Shown here: positions 10,069-18,637 of the stretch, piece after piece | Numbering within the stretch: the stretch's first letter is position 1 | How the letters are laid out: each line of letters starts with the position of its first letter | Source of the DNA: an uncultured delta proteobacterium | Lineage (GTDB): Bacteria > Desulfobacterota > Binatia > UBA9968 | Reading direction: 5' to 3' | NCBI GenBank assembly: GCA_963745835.1 | Contig: CAVUZH010000025.1 | Location: 1-64,000, forward strand | DNA: 64,000 bases | Notes under the pieces: generated by a model | The model's input: only the letters and a program-made list of their open reading frames with translations | What the model was told of the DNA's origin: nothing | The model's database searches: none | Made by a program: the position numbers and the translations under genes

Positions 10069-11550
10069 ATGATAAGTACATCTTGTGCGCGCCTAATCAG
10101 CGGCCCTCCGGCCAATGCGATGACACCCAAAATTCTTGTGGTTGACGATGATGTTGTAGTCCGTGAGCTCATGGTGCGGCTATATCTCGATAACGGTTAT
10201 AGCGTTGTCGGAGTGAGTTCGGGTGAAGAAGCCTTAGCGTTGCTGGTCCAGAGAAACATAGATTTCGTCATTACCGAGATCAATTTACCGAGAATGAGCG
10301 GTACCGAACTGATAGCTTACATTCAGGAGAATTCTCCTGATGTTCCGGTGATCGCAGTCACGGCGCATTCGAATATCGAGATTGCGATAAACGTTCTTAA
10401 ACTTGGCGCAGCGGATTTTGTGGTCAAGCCGTTCGATCTGGGCACGGTACAGGAATCGACGCGTGTAGCACTGGAGAAGACCCGGGTCTACATGGAGATT
10501 CGCCATCTGCGTCGGGGTCTTAAGAACGGCTCTGAGTTTGGCGGCATGCTCAGCAAAACGGCCGAGATGCATCGGATGTTCGAAATCATCCGCATGGTAG
10601 CGCCCACCGAGATGACGGTCTCCATCGAAGGAGAAACCGGCACCGGTAAGGAGTTAGTGGCCAGCGCGGTTCACTATCATAGCGGGCGGCGCGAAAAACC
10701 GTTTGTCACGATTAACTGCGCCGGTTTTCCCGAATCCCTGCTCGAGAGCGAGCTTTTTGGATACGAACGAGGCGCCTTTACCGGCGCAGTACAAGCCAAG
10801 GCAGGAAAGATTGAGCTAGCCCACGGCGGCACCTTGTTTCTCGATGAGATCGAGAGCATCTCAGTGGTCATGCAGGGCAAATTGCTCCGGGTCTTGGAAG
10901 ATCAGAAGGTTCAGCGGCTCGGTGGCAGCGCCGATATTCACGTTGACATGCGGGTGATCACGGCCACCAATGTGCCGCTCAAGCAGCTTGTCGCCGAAGG
11001 CAAAATGCGCTCGGATTTTTATTATCGGGTCAATGTCATCCCGATCCACCTGATCCCGTTACAGCAGAGAAAGGTGGATATTCCTCTATTGGTTCAGGAT
11101 TTTCTCCATCGTCATCCGGTGGCCGCGGGCAAGGGGATCACCTCGATTTCCAAGCAAGCGATGCGTCGGCTGTTGGACTACTCCTGGCCGGGCAACATTC
11201 GCGAACTGCAAAATGTTCTCGAGCGCGCCATCGTTCTCAACACCGGCAGAACCATCGAACATGTCGATCTACCGGAAGTCAGCTTTGAGGCGCATCCAAG
11301 CAGGGGCGGCAACGCCTTTAACGCCCCGCTTAACCAATGGCTGCAGGAAAAAGAAAAGGAGTATCTGGCGCAAAAACTCGATGATTTCGGCGGCAACGTC
11401 GGACTCACCGCAAAGAGCTGCCGGATCGGCGTGCGCACCCTTTCTCGTAAGATGCGCGAATATGGAATCGATAAAGCTTCCTTTAAGCAAAGAGTGACTG
11501 CGCTTTCTGCTGGGCATTCTTTGGCCGGATCGATGGTTACACCGCGCTGA
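10069..11550 (+). CDS. Sigma54-dependent enhancer-binding response regulator (NtrC/PilR/AtoC family); alternative start ATG 10120
   Basis: Receiver domain, GETGTGKE, ESELFG...GAFTGA, TLFLDEI, WPGNIRELQN and a C-terminal Fis-type HTH. Confidence 0.95.
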   Translation: MISTSCARLISGPPANAMTPKILVVDDDVVVRELMVRLYLDNGYSVVGVSSGEEALALLVQRNIDFVITEINLPRMSGTELIAYIQENSPDVPVIAVTAHSNIEIAINVLKLGAADFVVKPFDLGTVQESTRVALEKTRVYMEIRHLRRGLKNGSEFGGMLSKTAEMHRMFEIIRMVAPTEMTVSIEGETGTGKELVASAVHYHSGRREKPFVTINCAGFPESLLESELFGYERGAFTGAVQAKAGKIELAHGGTLFLDEIESISVVMQGKLLRVLEDQKVQRLGGSADIHVDMRVITATNVPLKQLVAEGKMRSDFYYRVNVIPIHLIPLQQRKVDIPLLVQDFLHRHPVAAGKGITSISKQAMRRLLDYSWPGNIRELQNVLERAIVLNTGRTIEHVDLPEVSFEAHPSRGGNAFNAPLNQWLQEKEKEYLAQKLDDFGGNVGLTAKSCRIGVRTLSRKMREYGIDKASFKQRVTALSAGHSLAGSMVTPR

Positions 11551-11909
11551 CTGGCAGTTCACGAGCGTGGCGGCCAAACGCTAGTCTCTGATGAACTGGA
11601 GTTTGATGACCAATGGAAGGATCTCTCCTCGAACTAGTAAGTGTCCTGGTGGTGGCGGCTATCAGCTACTTTGTGAGTACCGTGACGCTTTGATATCCAA
11701 CCTTTCTTAGATCTCCGCAGCTCCTCAAGGTCGCTGCTTACAAAGGGATTTTTCTAGGACTGTAATTTCTTCAAGGTGTAAAGCCTCGATCCCCCAGCAT
11801 AACGGCAGCATTCCTGACTGAGCCGGTCAATCTTTCAGACGACCTGCGTTCCAAGCGCATCGTAAAGTTACTTAACAATTCTTCGAAGCACACTAAAGTC
11901 ACGCCCAGG

Positions 11910-11954
11910 TGCCGAATCTGACAAGTCTTCAATTGATTTTTGTCAACGTCGGCA
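11910..11954 (+). promoter_or_regulatory. Candidate pair of upstream activator (enhancer) sites; mirrored at 9712-9756
   Basis: TGCCGAATCTGACA (11910-11923) and TGTCAACGTCGGCA (11941-11954), both TGYC-N6-GRCA, about 55-100 bp upstream of the -24 element. Confidence 0.6.
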
Positions 11955-12007
11955 AAAATACAATTGCCTTACCTCCAAGTCTTCAAACATCTCAAGAGCT
12001 TACTTTG

Positions 12008-12023
12008 TGGCATTAGAGTTGCG
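12008..12023 (+). promoter_or_regulatory. Sigma54 (-24/-12) promoter of flp copy B
   Basis: TGGCATTAGAGTTGCG. Confidence 0.8.
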
Positions 12024-12077
12024 CTATGCCGCGTTGTGATACCACAACGTCGCAAAAAGCAACGAAGGGAGAAAGTC

Positions 12078-12263
12078 ATGGAACCACTAAAGAACTTGCG
12101 TAATGAGCGGGGTCAGGGATTGATGGAATATACCTTGATCGTATTTCTGGTTGCCCTGGTTTTCTGGGGCGGCATGAGAAGCACTAACATAGGCGATGAA
12201 CTGGCAGGAAGTTGGAGCAAAGTCGTTGATTGTATCGCCGCTCCATTCTCCTGTGGTTCGTAA
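12078..12263 (+). CDS. flp: Flp family pilin, copy B (identical to copy A)
   Basis: Same protein as 9403-9588. Confidence 0.85.
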   Translation: MEPLKNLRNERGQGLMEYTLIVFLVALVFWGGMRSTNIGDELAGSWSKVVDCIAAPFSCGS

Positions 12264-12288
12264 TCAGTTCTGCTGATCAGGAGCTCGC

Positions 12289-12537
12289 ATGGCCGATTTG
12301 AGAACCTTTTATCGAAAGCTGCCGCACGAGAATGTATGGCACTTCTGCAGGAAATGCGAGAACTGGCCTCAGTTTGGATACGGTGAACACGACGATACGG
12401 ATTCCCATTCGGTGATCTTCTGCATTCGCTGTATCGAGCATCATCGTACAAGCCAATGCGAATGGCTTCACTTGGAATTGTCCCCGGGAGTCCGCTGTCT
12501 CTGCGAAGCGCCAGCGGGGCGACCTCGTTTGTTCTGA
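12289..12537 (+). CDS. Small Cys/His-rich putative metal-binding protein, copy B
   Basis: MADLRTFYRK...WHFCRKCENWP...CIRC...C; paralog of 9144-9377. Confidence 0.7.
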   Translation: MADLRTFYRKLPHENVWHFCRKCENWPQFGYGEHDDTDSHSVIFCIRCIEHHRTSQCEWLHLELSPGVRCLCEAPAGRPRLF

Positions 12538-12555
12538 AGCTATGAAGGGACTCCA

Positions 12556-12918
12556 ATGAAGAAGATTTTGATCGCCGATGACTATCCAGACATGCGTGAA
12601 TTGCTGGGCAGACAGATAGAATCTCTGGGCTTCGTTCCAATTCTGGCTGAAAACGGTAAGGACGTTTTAGAGAAAGCTATCCGAGAGAAACCGCAGTTGA
12701 TACTACTCGATATGATTATGCCGGTAATGGATGGTTGGGAAGCCGTCCGAAGTCTGCGGGCTAATCCTGAAACCAAGGACATCCCGATTTTGGCAGCAAC
12801 GGCGTTATTTCACCAATCGGATCTCAACACCTGCATAGAACAAGGTTGCGACGGCTACATCAATAAGCCGTTTACTATCGTGGAACTTAAAAAAAAGATC
12901 GAGGAACTTATTCGCTAA
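12556..12918 (+). CDS. Single-domain response regulator (CheY/DivK-like)
   Basis: ILIADD, LILLDMIMPVMDG, ATA, GYINKPF motifs. Confidence 0.92.
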   Translation: MKKILIADDYPDMRELLGRQIESLGFVPILAENGKDVLEKAIREKPQLILLDMIMPVMDGWEAVRSLRANPETKDIPILAATALFHQSDLNTCIEQGCDGYINKPFTIVELKKKIEELIR

Positions 12919-12990
12919 ACGAAGGGCAACCGCGGGCGGTGTCCGGTGTTGCAGTATAGCAGTATATAAATGATCGGCTTGTTACCAAGA

Positions 12991-13992
12991 TCATTTATAA
13001 AGCTTATCGACGAAACCTGACTTACCGAGTTCCATGAGTATGGAGTTGTCGATGAGACTTTCGGGCTTGGCTGCTTTGGCGCTCTGATGCGACGCGAAGT
13101 TAAGCATTGTTTGTACGGCCGCAGCCGGGACCATGGGAAGCCGTTCCCAAGCGGGTACAAACGCTTGATAAGAACTTTCCAAGTCTGCCGCATCGGTTGT
13201 CTTGGTATACTTGCCGATCATCTGTTTAGTGAATTCCGCGTCGGTGAGAGCGATTTTAATGCCCTCGAGATATGCCTGCAAAAACCGCCGCGTCAAATCA
13301 GGGTGTGTCTTGAGATAATCTCTAGTTGTTGCTAGAGCCGCATGGATCATTGGAATATTCTTCTCCGTCACATTCACCAATTCTTTCAGTCCTGCGGTGC
13401 GCGCTTTCAAGGTTGTTGGCGCTGTAAAGATTCCCGCCACGGCGTTTCCCTGGTTTATTCCCGCCAAAATTTCCGGCATTCCCCTGAGATAAAGAAGCTT
13501 AACATCTTTTCCCGGCGCTAAACCCGATTGTTGGAGCAGCACACGGGCCGCGAAATCAGTAGTCGCGCCGGGCACGGTAACGCCCAGGACTTTGCCTTTT
13601 AGATCGGACATCGAGTTGATCTCCGGCTTTGCGTAGATCGACATGACGGCTCGATTGAGAATTCCCGCGATAAATACCACTGGCTCGCCGTTTAATCCTG
13701 CTTCGACGATCTCACCGCCCGGATTGATAATATCAAGGTTTTTGGCAAGCAGTGCCTGAGTCGCGGTGGCGGGCGCGATGTATCGTAGATCGACATTTAA
13801 ACCGTATTTTGTGAATAAGCCTCGCTCCGTTGCAATCCACAACGGCGCGAAGGCGCCGCTAATCGCCGCATAATTAGCTCGTACCAGGGGCATCTCAGCC
13901 GCACGAGCTGCGATGGAACCGGTGAGAATGTAGAACAGTGACAGCAGAACTGCCGATCCGCAGGCTCGTACCGAGACTTTAATTACCCTCAT
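12991..13992 (-). CDS. ABC-type substrate-binding protein, NMT1/SsuA family
   Basis: Signal peptide, PLWIA..RGLFTKYGL, DLKGKVLGV. Confidence 0.85.
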   Translation of the reverse strand: MRVIKVSVRACGSAVLLSLFYILTGSIAARAAEMPLVRANYAAISGAFAPLWIATERGLFTKYGLNVDLRYIAPATATQALLAKNLDIINPGGEIVEAGLNGEPVVFIAGILNRAVMSIYAKPEINSMSDLKGKVLGVTVPGATTDFAARVLLQQSGLAPGKDVKLLYLRGMPEILAGINQGNAVAGIFTAPTTLKARTAGLKELVNVTEKNIPMIHAALATTRDYLKTHPDLTRRFLQAYLEGIKIALTDAEFTKQMIGKYTKTTDAADLESSYQAFVPAWERLPMVPAAAVQTMLNFASHQSAKAAKPESLIDNSILMELGKSGFVDKLYK

Positions 13993-14125
13993 TTGACCTC
14001 CACGCTTCTAACGATCATTTTATCTAAGCTCGATCAGAAATCCGTTCTCGTCAGTATTGCCATGAAACGTCGAGTCGCGACTTCTCTACCTGCAATCCAG
14101 GTCGCGACTTCCGCGCATAACCGCA

Positions 14126-15124
14126 TTATTGCTTATATAGTTGTTTGATAAAGCCGGTGGCTTCGATTTCTTGCACCAAACTCATGTCGACGAACGCCTT
14201 AGGATCGGCGGTCGCCGCCTTCGGGTTTCGTGGCGCGAGGTCGTCCAGCATGGTTTTGACGCCATCCGCAGTGGGTAGCAAATTTTCCGGAAAAACGGAG
14301 ACATAAGCTTGGTACGCCCTTTCGAGACCTTCTGGATCGGTGAGCTTGAGATTTTTGCTGTAGATCGCCTTGGTTCCTTCTTTGTCGGTTTTGATGTAGT
14401 GAATGGCTTCCATCATTGCCCGGGAAAATTTCGTCAACACCGCTCGATTTGACTTCACGGCCGACTCTTTGGCGAGAACAGCATTCCACCAGAACGGTAT
14501 TTTTAGTGACTGGATATCGAACAGATCTTTGAAACCTAACTTCTCAGCTTCGCGGACAAAAGGCTCCGGCATGATACTGAACTGAATGATCCCGCGAGAA
14601 ATCGCCGCCAGTCTCGCCGGATTGTCTCCGGCGGTAATAATCTTGACGTCTTTTTCCGGATCAATTCCCTTACGGCGCAGCGCCAGCCGGAGCCCCAAAT
14701 CCGAAGTGCTGCCGAGGCGGTTTACCCCGCCTGTCTTACCCTTTATCTGCTCGAGAGCCGTAACGCTCGGATGGGAGATGATGTGATCTAGGAACGTCGG
14801 TACCATTCCTAGGATCATCACGATATCGGCACCCGCCAGGCGAGAGAGGGCGAGCGTAGTGACGGAAGTTACGATCACATCTACTTCGCCGGCAAGCAAA
14901 GCCTGTAGCGCAATCGGACTTGCGGAAATACTGATGACCTCGCCGTTAAGTCCGTGTTTCTTGAGCAACCCTCTTTCTTGAACCACCCAAATCGGGCTAT
15001 TTGCCGGACTCACTCCAGCCCAGGCGATCCGAATTCTTTCCTGCGCGAGGGACTGATCTCCTTGGCCTGAGAGAACGGCTAGAGCAGTGAGTAAGACTAA
15101 AACAATCCGACTAAAAGATCCCAT
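14126..15124 (-). CDS. ABC-type substrate-binding protein, NMT1/SsuA family
   Basis: Signal peptide, PIWVVQERGLLKKHGL, QALLAGEVD, GSTSD. Confidence 0.85.
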   Translation of the reverse strand: MGSFSRIVLVLLTALAVLSGQGDQSLAQERIRIAWAGVSPANSPIWVVQERGLLKKHGLNGEVISISASPIALQALLAGEVDVIVTSVTTLALSRLAGADIVMILGMVPTFLDHIISHPSVTALEQIKGKTGGVNRLGSTSDLGLRLALRRKGIDPEKDVKIITAGDNPARLAAISRGIIQFSIMPEPFVREAEKLGFKDLFDIQSLKIPFWWNAVLAKESAVKSNRAVLTKFSRAMMEAIHYIKTDKEGTKAIYSKNLKLTDPEGLERAYQAYVSVFPENLLPTADGVKTMLDDLAPRNPKAATADPKAFVDMSLVQEIEATGFIKQLYKQ

Positions 15125-15180
15125 GATTTAAGCTCCTAAATGTAGTGATGTTCGATGCAACACGACCTGCGTGACATCGA

Positions 15181-15990
15181 TCAGACTCTCGGCTCCCATT
15201 TCAACAGTGATAAAAAATTGGCCGAGAAAACTTTTTTCAAGTCCTCCTGATTGAGTTTGGCGGCCCGGGTTACGTGTCTCGATATTTTTTCAACTTCCAT
15301 GGACAATGGATTGTAGGGATGATCGGAGCCAAAGAGGATCTTGCTTGTGCCAACGCCGCGAAAGGCCTCGAGCAGCAGGGGCATCCAACCCACGACTGAC
15401 GTTTCCAGGAAAATATTTTCGTTCTGCCGAGCCACCGCCACCGCCAACTTTACATATTCCGAAACACCCATGTGGCCGAGAATAACCGGGACATCTTTAT
15501 AGTTAGCGGCGAGCTCTGCGATAACCCCTGGTGATGCCTTGCTCGACATTCCGGTATGGAAAATAATCGGCACATGATAGCGCCGAGCCGCAGCGTAAAT
15601 CGGCTCCATTAACTCCGCTTCGTTCGGATCGAAGAACTCGATCTCCGGATGGAGTTTGATTCCCTTCAGTTTGAGATTACCCAGGCAATGCTCCAGCGCA
15701 TCCGCCGAAGCCTGCGGACCAAAATTAGGATTGATCCTGCAGAAACTAATTATACGTTTGGGATGCTTGGCCATTTCCTCCGCCATGATCTGGTTTGCCT
15801 CTGAATAGTCCGTGTATGAAGCTCCCAGAGGAAAGGCCACGGCACAATCGAGGCCTGCTTCGTCGAGATTGCGGACTAAATCATCGCCAAGAAAACTCGC
15901 CACTCCGTGGCCCAACGGGGTTTTGCGCCGCCCCAAGTGAGAATGGGCGTCGATCGCGTAATATTCGGAATCGTTAATGCGTAAAGCCAT
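15181..15990 (-). CDS. Amidohydrolase_2 family protein
   Basis: IDAHSH, KGIKLHP, FHTG, LGHMG, LFGSDHP. Confidence 0.9.
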   Translation of the reverse strand: MALRINDSEYYAIDAHSHLGRRKTPLGHGVASFLGDDLVRNLDEAGLDCAVAFPLGASYTDYSEANQIMAEEMAKHPKRIISFCRINPNFGPQASADALEHCLGNLKLKGIKLHPEIEFFDPNEAELMEPIYAAARRYHVPIIFHTGMSSKASPGVIAELAANYKDVPVILGHMGVSEYVKLAVAVARQNENIFLETSVVGWMPLLLEAFRGVGTSKILFGSDHPYNPLSMEVEKISRHVTRAAKLNQEDLKKVFSANFLSLLKWEPRV

Positions 15991-16239
15991 TTAAGATCTC
16001 CTTCATCCGACCAACGCCGCCGTGATCAACGCTTCATACTAGTGTCGCGTCATCTGAAATTCGTACGGACGACTTAAATTATCGGATTTGAACTCAACAG
16101 ATCATGGACGATTGCGGGCAAATTGGCAGCAATCCATTGCGCCAGCTCTAATATGGTTCAAAAGCCCTGTCAACCCAACGGGTGTTTGACCTCCTGGTTT
16201 CTTGTACGAATGTCTTCGATGGCGACACTTAAGAAAAAC

Positions 16240-16269
16240 TTGACATAGGTAGTTAGTAAATGCTAACTA
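16240..16269 (+). promoter_or_regulatory. Sigma70 -35 box (TTGACA) with an adjacent TetR-type palindromic operator
   Basis: TTGACA at 16240-16245; TAGTTAG-taaatg-CTAACTA at 16250-16269, just upstream of the tetR ATG. Confidence 0.7.
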
Positions 16270-16275
16270 ACCAGT

Positions 16276-16965
16276 ATGGGAAATGTCGCACGGTTGTCGG
16301 CTGATCAGAGAAAGCAAGCGATTGTCGATGCTGTGCGGGACGTTTTTGCCGAGAAAGGGTTTGACGGCACGACCACCCGGGAGCTAGCTAAGGCGGCTGG
16401 TGTTTCGGAAGCGCTGCTCTACAAGCATTTTCCCAGCAAAGAATCTCTTTATGCGGCGATGTTGGATGCCTGCGCCAAAGGGCCGGCGTTTGCGCAGTTC
16501 AAGCGGATCTTGGCGCTTGAGCCGTCGACTTCAACGTTGGTTTTGATGGTTTATTTCACCATCTCTCACTATGTGCTGCAGCGTCCCGGCGACCCGCACA
16601 AGGCGGCGCTGAACTGTCTGCTGGTGCGCAGCCTGCTCGAGGACGGAGCTTTGGTTCGGTTGACACACAAGAAATTTGCCAGCGCGTGGGTCGCCAAGTT
16701 CGAGGCTTGCGTGAAGGAAGCGGTCAAGACCGGAGACCTCGGCGAGACGCGGTTGCGCCGGGATCTGCGGGTTTGGTTTGTGCACCACATTGCGTTCTCG
16801 TTGATGCTGCACCTCCATCCCAAAGTTCCGGCGATCGATTACAACGTGTCGAAGGATGCGCTGGTCGAGCAGGCGACGTGGTTTGCACTTCGGGGGGTAG
16901 GTTTGGGAGAAGAGGCAATCAAACGTCTTTACAACCCTAAGGCATTATCTCTACTGGGTGGTTAA
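16276..16965 (+). CDS. TetR/AcrR family regulator
   Basis: FAEKGFDGTTTRELAKAAGVSEALLYKHF HTH. Confidence 0.93.
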   Translation: MGNVARLSADQRKQAIVDAVRDVFAEKGFDGTTTRELAKAAGVSEALLYKHFPSKESLYAAMLDACAKGPAFAQFKRILALEPSTSTLVLMVYFTISHYVLQRPGDPHKAALNCLLVRSLLEDGALVRLTHKKFASAWVAKFEACVKEAVKTGDLGETRLRRDLRVWFVHHIAFSLMLHLHPKVPAIDYNVSKDALVEQATWFALRGVGLGEEAIKRLYNPKALSLLGG

Positions 16966-16974
16966 ATTTAACGT

Positions 16975-16992
16975 GGTGAGTAGAAGCTCACC
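16975..16992 (+). promoter_or_regulatory. Second palindromic operator-like site
   Basis: GGTGAG-tagaag-CTCACC, same geometry as AGTTAG-taaatg-CTAACT upstream of tetR. Confidence 0.6.
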
Positions 16993-17010
16993 TGAGAATG
17001 TGAGAGGAAA

Positions 17011-17457
17011 ATGAAACTTAAGACAATGGAACTAAAAAAGACCCATCTAGAAGAAGAACAACAAGAGAAAAGCCTCGGCACAGAGGACCGCTTGAGCCCG
17101 TTGTTCCAGCCCGACACTTTAATGTCGGACGAGTACTTCGCGAACTACCGGAGAAGGATTCCGTTGGAGCCGGAGAAGACCTTGCTGCTGGCCGTTTTGG
17201 AAGACGGAGTGCGCACCTTTCAGGACAATATCTTTGCTGAGACCGGCAAGAAGCGCGTGCTGCTGGACGAAGCCCGCGAGTGGCTTTTCACCGACGGCTT
17301 TGAGCACGTTTTTTCGTTTAACTCAGTCTGCTCTTCGCTGGGAATTGATCCGGGGTATGTCCGTCGCGGCCTGAAGCGATGGGAGGAGCACACCCGAGCA
17401 GCAACAAGGAAGAAGCAGCGGGCTTCTCAAACTGCTCCTGAACGTCTCGTGGCCTAA
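17011..17457 (+). CDS. Hypothetical protein (LFQPDT...EPEK.LLLAVLED...FSF..VC..LG.DP)
   Basis: GAGG RBS; abuts the next gene with a 4-bp gap. Confidence 0.75.
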   Translation: MKLKTMELKKTHLEEEQQEKSLGTEDRLSPLFQPDTLMSDEYFANYRRRIPLEPEKTLLLAVLEDGVRTFQDNIFAETGKKRVLLDEAREWLFTDGFEHVFSFNSVCSSLGIDPGYVRRGLKRWEEHTRAATRKKQRASQTAPERLVA

Positions 17458-17461
17458 ACCG

Positions 17462-18637
17462 ATGAGATGGTTGGCACTGAAGCAGGGCAGTGGGAGCCCT
17501 CTTAAAGGGATTGGGATTTTGGGCCTGCCGCTGATTGTGTTCTTGGCCGGATGTGACAGGCAAGCGCCCGCCTCTTTCGAACGCCCGCCCGCGCCGGTTT
17601 CCGTCGCTGCCGCGCTGACTCAAGATGTGCCGATCTATATAGATGCTGTCGGTAAGATCGTTGCCCGAGAGGTAGTTTCCATTCAGCCGCAGGTATCGGG
17701 AAGGGTTATGAAGATCCATTTCGCCGATGGCGCCGATGTCAGGACCGGCGACGTGCTGTTCACAATCGACCCACGTCCGTTTCAGGCGCACCTCAATCAA
17801 GCCGAAGCCAATGTCGCCCAAGCGCAGGCCGCCTTGAACCTGGCTAAGACCAACTTCGCCCGGGTCGAAAACATCAGCGATCCTCGCGCGATTTCGCGGC
17901 AAGACTTCGATGCCAAGAAAAATGCCGTGGAAGTAGCCGAGGCCCAGCTACAGCAGAATCGCGCTGCGGTGGAAACAGCTCGCTTGAATCTCGAATATTG
18001 CACGATCCGCTCGCCGATCGACGGGCGCGCCGGGCAGCGGTTGGTGGATCTCGGTAATGTGGTGACGTCGGGAAATAGCGCTCTTTTGGTGATCCAAAGG
18101 CTCGATCCGATTTACGCCGATTTTACGATTCCCGAGAGCGATCTTACCGAAGTGCAGCGTAATATGGCGCGCCGGACGCTGCGCGCGGAGGTTCGGCTTG
18201 CCGACGAAAAGACTAAAGGGCGCGAAGGAAAGCTGACCTTTCTCGACAATTCGGTGCAAGAAGGAACCGGCACCGTTAAGTTGCGCGCAACTGTGGAAAA
18301 CAAAGACCGGCTTTTTTGGCCAGGGCGGTTTGCCAGAATCCGATTGATTCTGGACACGCATCACTCGGCGGTTTTGGTGCCGGCCGACGCGCCGCAACTC
18401 TCGGCCAAGGGATCGTTTGTCTATGTCGTCAAGCAGGACGAAAGCGCCGAGTTGCGGCCGGTGACTGTCGGCCAGCGCCACGGCGATCTCGTCGTCATTG
18501 GGCAAGGCGTGAAGGAAGGTGAGCGCGTCGTCATCAATGGCCAGCTTGGTGTTACCCCCGGCGGCAAGGTTAAGATCGCTGCTCCAGGGACAAAAAAAGA
18601 TCCAGCAGCTGCCTCGCAATCTGGCGCCAAATCATGA
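17462..18637 (+). CDS. RND efflux periplasmic adaptor (MdtA-like), lipoprotein
   Basis: LAGC lipobox, IDPRPF, IRSPIDGRAG, DNSV..GTGTVKLRA. Confidence 0.92.
   Translation: MRWLALKQGSGSPLKGIGILGLPLIVFLAGCDRQAPASFERPPAPVSVAAALTQDVPIYIDAVGKIVAREVVSIQPQVSGRVMKIHFADGADVRTGDVLFTIDPRPFQAHLNQAEANVAQAQAALNLAKTNFARVENISDPRAISRQDFDAKKNAVEVAEAQLQQNRAAVETARLNLEYCTIRSPIDGRAGQRLVDLGNVVTSGNSALLVIQRLDPIYADFTIPESDLTEVQRNMARRTLRAEVRLADEKTKGREGKLTFLDNSVQEGTGTVKLRATVENKDRLFWPGRFARIRLILDTHHSAVLVPADAPQLSAKGSFVYVVKQDESAELRPVTVGQRHGDLVVIGQGVKEGERVVINGQLGVTPGGKVKIAAPGTKKDPAAASQSGAKS

Larger units (their letters stand above)
11908..12318 (+). repeat. Right arm of the 411-bp inverted repeat
   Basis: Reverse complement of 9348-9758. 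Confidence 0.95.

Noticed and set aside
9348-12318. Composite transposon or IS-flanked element
   Set aside because: The arms encode pilin, not transposase; no target-site duplication or recombinase seen
14074-14111. Direct repeat GTCGCGACTTC twice between SBP genes
   Set aside because: Too short to assign a function
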